From Macrostomum lignano (Eukaryota), in assembly GCA_002269645.1 (NCBI GenBank), contig NIVC01000212.1, forward strand, positions 372,001 to 436,000: DNA of 64,000 nt. Direction: 5' to 3'. Under the pieces are notes generated by a model that was not told the DNA's origin, searched no databases, and saw only the letters and a program-made list of their open reading frames with translations. This document shows positions 58,042-64,000 of the stretch, one piece after another (positions within the stretch are counted from its first letter, which is position 1; each line of letters opens with the position of its first letter). Position numbers and translations under genes: made by a program.

Positions 58042-59162
58042 ATGTCTAGTCCAGACCCGACTTCAAACGACCTACACGTCAATAACAAAGACTATATTGA
58101 TGGCAACAAAGAGGCCGAATATTTAGCCCTAATTAATCGCGGCGCTGTGCTACTCAGCCGCTATCCGTTGGTGCCGCAGTCGGCCAATCACGATTGCGGC
58201 ATCGCCTGCTTGCGAATGGTGCTACGAGGCCTTGACGTGCCGCAGGCGGAAACCCTCCTAGCCGAGGCTATGGAAGCTAGCGATCTGGGAGAGAGCGTCT
58301 GGACTCCCGACTTGCTGCGTATACTGCTGCACTGCGGGCTTCGGGCTCAACTGTACAGCATCTGCCTGCTGCCTAACCCTGGCTATGCTCAACTGGTTGG
58401 TTTAAAGCGAACCTCATCGCAAATCTGTGACTGTTTATTTAATAAAAACGCTCTCCAAGTCCATCTCAAGGATAATCGCCCTTCAAATCCCCTTTCACAG
58501 GATAATCCCCTTTAACTCCCATCTCAAGAATAATCCCTTCAAAATCCTCTCTCATAGGATAATCACTCTTCTCAAAATTCTCTCTCACAGGATAATCCCC
58601 TCCAAGTCCCCTCTCACAGAATAATCCCCTCCAAGTCCCCTCTCACAGGATAATCCCCTCCAAATCCACTGTCACAGGAAAATCACCTCTAAATCCCCTC
58701 TCAAGAATAATCCCTTCCAAATCCTCTCTCATAGGATAATCAATCCCCTCAAAATCTCTCACGGAAAAATAAAAAAAATCGCTGTTTAATTACACAGGTG
58801 TTGTAGCTACCTTAATACGAGCGTATTTTAATTTAGTTATTTATTCGATCACTACATATCGGTAGCTATACACCCTCGTATAACTACAATACTCGCGCGT
58901 AGAACTTCTATCGCGACAAGTTCTCATCAGATCAGCAGCGAGTTGCTCGCAATTTAGATTGGATCAGCCAGATTGATCCCCAAGCCGCTGTGCAGCAATC
59001 TCTACCCCTTAGCGCTGTGCTGGATCACCTGTCCGCCCGGCTGGGACCCGTCATCTGCCTTATTGACGCTAACAATACTGATGCTGCCAGACTGCGGGTG
59101 AGCATTTGACTGATTCTACGGTAGATTATGCGTAGACAAACAGACACACAGACAGACAGCAA

Positions 59163-59194
<32 letters not shown>

Positions 59195-59223
59195 GCAGAC
59201 AGACAGACAGACAAACAGACAGG

Positions 59224-59271
<48 letters not shown>

Positions 59272-59295
59272 GGTAGACAAACAGACAGGTAGACT

Positions 59296-59329
<34 letters not shown>

Positions 59330-59401
59330 GGTAGACAAACAGACTGGTAGACTGACAGACAGACAGACAGAGACTGACAGACAGACAGACAGACAGAGAC
59401 T

Positions 59402-59451
<50 letters not shown>

Positions 59452-59455
59452 GACT

Positions 59456-59493
<38 letters not shown>

Positions 59494-59516
59494 GACTGAC
59501 AGACAGACAGACAGAC

Positions 59517-59557
<41 letters not shown>

Positions 59558-59853
59558 GACAGACAGACAGACAGATACAAGCGGACAGGCAGACAGAAAC
59601 TTCAAGCCTCATCGCCACCCCGCAGTCCTGCATGCACTGCAACTGCCTGTCGCTGTCTTCGCCCTGCTGCGGAGGCGGCCCCTACCAGGGGCACTACATC
59701 CTGCTGTGCGGCTATCTTCCAGAGGAGCGCCGTCTTATCTATCGGGATCCGATGAGCCGAATTAGCGAATACAAATTGATGTCTTTCAAAGAATTCGACC
59801 GAGTTCGAACCGCGTATGGCACTGATGAAGATTTATTATTTGTGTTTGGGTAG
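58042..59853 (+). CDS. GUCD1: Protein GUCD1 (peptidase C39-like fold); exons 58042-58395, 58903-59097, 59626-59853
   Basis: [58 protein letters not shown] match GUCD1 motifs; phase-0 GT-AG introns. Confidence 0.9.
58440..58740. repeat. ~29-bp degenerate minisatellite in GUCD1 intron 1
   Basis: ggataatcccctccaagtccctctcaca-type units. Confidence 0.75.
59135..59580. repeat. (AGAC)n microsatellite in GUCD1 intron 2
   Basis: Direct observation. Confidence 0.95.
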
Positions 59854-60169
59854 CCTCCGGGTCTCTGCTTTGTCCATATTAGCGCATGGCTGAATGTTAA
59901 TTATATCGAAAACTTAATGACATTTTTTTACGTTTTTCCCTCATTTGTTGGCTTTTAGAAAATCTTTTAATTACCTAAGAATTTGATTTTTCAAAATTCT
60001 TTTAGATATAAGATTAGATCTAGATCTAGGATTAGATATTGACAGGATGGCGCACGGAACTGAACCCGGGGGTCGCAGCGCCAGTCAGACGCGTTCAGAG
60101 CCGAGCTTCTTAGAGTCAGACTAGCAATCTGGTGCCCCCCCCCTTCGGGGTGGCCAATAAGCAAGGAAC

Positions 60170-60810
60170 AATAGATAGCCAGCACCCCCCCCCCCAGATA
60201 GCAAGCACCCAACCCCCCAGATAGAAAGCACCCCCTCAGATAGCAAGCACCCCCAGATAGCAAGCACCCCCAGATAGCAAGCACCCACCCAGATAGCAAG
60301 CACCCCCAGATAGCAAGCACCCAACCCCCCAGATAGAAAGCACCCCCCTCAGATAGCAAGCACCCCCAGATAGCAAGCACCCCCAGATAGCAAGCACCCA
60401 CCCAGATAGCAAGCACCCCCAGATAGCAAGCACCCCCAGATAGCAAGCACCCACCCAGATAGCAAGCACCCACCCAGATAGCAAGCACCCACCCAGATAG
60501 CAAGCACCCACCCAGATAGCAAGCACCCCCAGATAGCAAGCACCCACCCAGATAGCAAGCACCCCCAGATAGCAAGCACCCCCAGATAGCAAGCACCCAC
60601 CCAGATAGCAAGCACCCACCCAGATAGCAAGCACCCACCCAGATAGCAAGCACCCACCCAGATAGCAAGCACCCCCAGATAGCAAGCACCCACCCAGATA
60701 GCAAGCACCCCCAGATAGCAAGCACCCACCCAGATAGCAAGCACCCACCCAGATAGCAAGCACCCCCAGATAGCAAGCACCCACCCAGATAGCAAGCACC
60801 CCCAGACATC
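60170..60810. repeat. 17-21-bp minisatellite (cccagatagcaagcacc)
   Basis: Tandem units differing in C-run length. Confidence 0.95.
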
Positions 60811-60911
60811 AAAAAGGCAGTCAAATAGATGCCTTGGTAAAAGTTTTTTAGCGGTAAAAGTTTCCAGGCTCAAGTCTTCTATTATTTACTTTTGTGGTTA
60901 CATTTTTTCAG

Positions 60912-61410
60912 CCGCTACTCAGCCGTCATTGCTTCCGTCTGAGCAGCTCCTTGCCTGCTCGTCGACGATCTGACGCTGTCGGGGCGGATTGTCAGCGACC
61001 GCTGGATCTGGTGCTGAGGGATCTGCCAGCCGGCTGTCAGCTGGACACCGTCAGACGGGCTCTGGGTCGGTTTGGCGAGGTGGCCAGTCTGTATAGAGTT
61101 GGCTTCAGCAAGGCTGGTTCTACGTGTATGGCTAGGCTAATCAGGTTGGTTGGATTGTTTGTTAGTTAGCACTTAGTCACTTAGTCACTTCGTCACTAAG
61201 TCACTTAGTTAGTTTGTCAGTCAGTTAGTCAGTCAGATAGTTAGTTAGTAAGTTAGTTGGTTAGTCAGTTAGTTAGTCACTTAGTTAGCCAGTTAGTTAG
61301 TTAGTTAGTCAGTTAGTTAGTCACTTAGTTAGCCAGTTAGTTAATTAGTCAGTTAGTCAGTTAGTCAGTTAGTTAGTTAATCAGTTAGTCAGTTGGTTAG
61401 TTAGTCAGTA

Positions 61411-61449
<39 letters not shown>

Positions 61450-61470
61450 CAGTTAGTTAGTTAGTCAGTA

Positions 61471-61509
<39 letters not shown>

Positions 61510-61714
61510 CACTTAGTTAGTTAGTTAGTTAGTTAGCCAGTTAGTTAATTAGTCAGTTAGTCAGTTAGTTAGTTAATCAGTTAGTCAGTTGGTTAGTTAG
61601 TTAGTCAGTTAGTTAGTTAGTTAGTTAGTCAGTTAGTTAGTTAATCAGTTAGTTAGTTAGTCAGTTAGTTAGTCAGTTAGTTAGTTAATCAGTTAGTCAG
61701 TTGGTTAGTTAGTC

Positions 61715-61749
<35 letters not shown>

Positions 61750-64000
61750 CAGTTAGTTAGTTAGTCAGTTAGTTAGTCAGTTAGTTAGTCAGTTAGTTAG
61801 TTAGTTAGATAGTTAGTTAGTTAGTTAGCCAGTTAGTTAGTCAGTCAGTTAGTTGGTTAGTTAGCCAGTTAGTTAGTTAGTCAGTTAGTTAGCCAGTTAG
61901 TTAGTCAGTTAGTTAGTTTGTTAGTTAGTTAGTCACTTAGTTAGCCAGTTAGTTAGTTAATCAGTTAGTCAGTTGGTTAGTTAGTCAGTTAGTTTGTTAG
62001 TCAGTTAGTTAGTCAGTTAGTTAGTTAATCAGTTAGTCAGTTGGTTAGTTAGTCAGTTAGTTAGTTAGTTAGTTAGTTAGTTAGCCAGTTAGTTAGTCAG
62101 TTAGTTAGTTAGTTAGTCACTTAGTTAGCCAGTTAGTTAGTTATTTAGTTAGTAATTGTTTCCCTGATTATTTATGTCGGGCAGTGTACACGCCCCCGCG
62201 AACTCGAACCCTCAACCTCCACCCTTGCTTCCTGGCCAGATACCAGCCGGAAGCCGCCCATCAGCTGGTGGGCCGTGACCTCCTGCTATCCGGTCGCAGC
62301 CAGGCGCAGGTGTACCTACGCTGGGAGACGCCGCTGCTGCCGCCGACTTCCCCAACTCTGCTAGCCGCCGAGCTGTCAACATCGCCAACATCGGCAGTAC
62401 AGCGAGCCGTACGAGACTTTTTTACCAGTCGACTCGGCAGAGTTCAGTGCTTGTCAGTCTGGCGCGACTGCTCCATTGCTGTCCGGTTGCTGGCGAACAG
62501 GATTTTAATAAGGAAGCAGCGTTGAACTTAGTCGGCGAATGCCTGCAGCTGGCACCCGGCCTGAGCGCCCCGGTGCTCTGGGCTCCTGGCCGGTGTCCAG
62601 GCGATGGCTCGTTCAGTTTTAGTCGACTTCGCCTGCGGCAGGTCAGCTCCGGCTGCTGGCAGCGGCCGGTGACCGTTCGCGATGTGCACTCGCGCTTTCA
62701 TGGACGCATCGGCCGGGTGACATCGGTTGCCTTCAGTAGCCGCGGCTTTATCGAAGTCTGGCTGGAAAATGATGATGATGGGCAGCGGAGTCGTCGGCGA
62801 CTGTCCAGTGAACTCGCCGGGCGGAGCTTCCAATTGGCTACCGGAGTCGAACTGGTGGTCGTGGATGATTCCGACAACGACTATAGCTGTCGAACTCTAT
62901 TGGCTTCATCTAGAGCTTCTTCCGCTCTCTACTCGTCAAAATCCGCTCCCTACCCAACTGCATCCGCTCCCTCTCCAATCGCATCCGCTCCCTCCCCAAT
63001 CGCATCCGCTCCCTTCCCAATCGCATCCGCTCCCTCCCCAACTACATCCGCTCCCTCCCCAACTACACCCGCTCCCTCAACAACTTCATCCGCTCCCTCC
63101 CCAACTTCATCCGCTCCCTACCCAACTTCATCCGCTCCCTACCCAACTTCATCCGCTCCCCACCCAACTTCATCCGCTCCCTCCCCAACTACACCCGCTC
63201 CCTCCCCAACTTCATCCGCTCCCCACCCAACTTCATCCGCTCCCTACCCAACTTCATCCGCTCCCTACCCAACTTCATCCGCTCCCTACCCAACTTCATC
63301 CGCTCCCTCCTTAACCACATCCGCTCACTCCCCAGCCCCATCCTTCCACACGGACGGGTTCGTACCATCAGGCGGCATCTGCCTGCTTCTCTCTGTCCCA
63401 CGCGGCGGACTTCTCACGCCCGACTCGGCACTCAGCTGCCTAGAGCGACTACTCAAGCATCAGTCGATTAAGTCGAACCTCCGTTGCTTAGCAACTCGCC
63501 GCATCGGCGCCGGCCTTGTCGAAGTGGCCCTGCCGGCGGAATTGTCAAACTCCGCCCTCGCTCTGGTCGGTCGGCGCTACAGATTACTCAATGAAGGTCA
63601 AACGGAAGTCGGCATCGAGCTTGGCCGGTCCTCGCTTCCGGCCTCGACTGTGCAGCTGACTGTGAAAAATCTTCCGTTTGGTACCAGCGTCGAGGACGTC
63701 GCTGAGGCGCTGCGTCAGCGCGGCTGTCGCGTCTTGCGCTGCTTTCTACCATTCAAGGACGAAGCAATGGCCACCGTGACTGAGCTAGTCGACGACGTTG
63801 AATGTAGCGTCGAAATGTCGGTACAGCGTCGCCTTGTCGGCTCCCTGCTGACGGTGGCTGGCGTACAGTGTCCGGTTTTTCTCTCGCTGGAGTCGCTGCC
63901 GCCTACGGCGCGACAGTTCATCGCTGAAACGACATCCGACATGTCGGAGGCGTTGGCGGAGACGGCGGCCAAGTCGACGGCAGTGCAAGCGGCGCTGACT
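60912..64000 (+). CDS. Uncharacterised multi-RRM-like protein with an S/P/T/A heptad repeat; exons ~60912-61144 and 62240->64000 (1-nt shift near 62488); open at the 3' end
   Basis: LVLRDLP..LDTVRRALGRFGEV and VQLTVKNLPFGTSVEDVAEALRQRG resemble RRM beta1/alpha1. The frame starting at 62531 has no stop to the window end, so the ORF track misses it. The start exon was not found. Confidence 0.55.
61165..62150. repeat. (AGTT)n microsatellite intron
   Basis: Direct observation. Confidence 0.95.
62940..63330 (+). repeat. Coding 21-bp repeat (SAPSPTS / SAPYPTS)
   Basis: About 18 units in frame with the surrounding exon. Confidence 0.75.

Noticed and set aside
59025-60873. Minus-strand LSVC and GACYLG repeat ORFs
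   Set aside because: They are microsatellite and minisatellite translations.

Overview
Eukaryotic (metazoan) genomic DNA with spliced, GC-rich genes whose introns are packed with intron-specific minisatellites. This style is consistent with a flatworm such as Macrostomum, but that is inference. Host genes, all on +: 3' end of MOSPD2, CCDC138-like, NAA40, HAAO, GATB, GUCD1, and a multi-RRM-like gene running off the right edge. The 9.4-38.3 kb interval is almost all mobile DNA. Its centrepiece is a nest of insertions. An ~880-bp hAT MITE (8-bp TSD CCTGTAAA, 9411-27109) has grown to 17.7 kb by receiving (i) a TTAA-bounded Crypton tyrosine-recombinase derivative, itself split by (ii) an 8,967-bp near-perfect palindrome (two ~4.45-kb arms, 75-bp spacer, ACTACT...AGTAGT ends, 6-bp TSD AGTGAC; possibly a Polinton-type snap-back element), (iii) a 150-bp TTAA hairpin, (iv) an inverted copy of the same MITE and (v) a full-length LOA/R1-group LINE with RNase H. 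Further right are a truncated Penelope with inverted pLTRs carrying hammerhead-like motifs, an intact-ORF Chapaev-type (RAG1/Transib-related) transposon, several MITEs and a tRNA-like SINE. A 660-codon acidic heptad-repeat ORF lies head-to-head with HAAO. All calls are by eye from the sequence; no searches were run.
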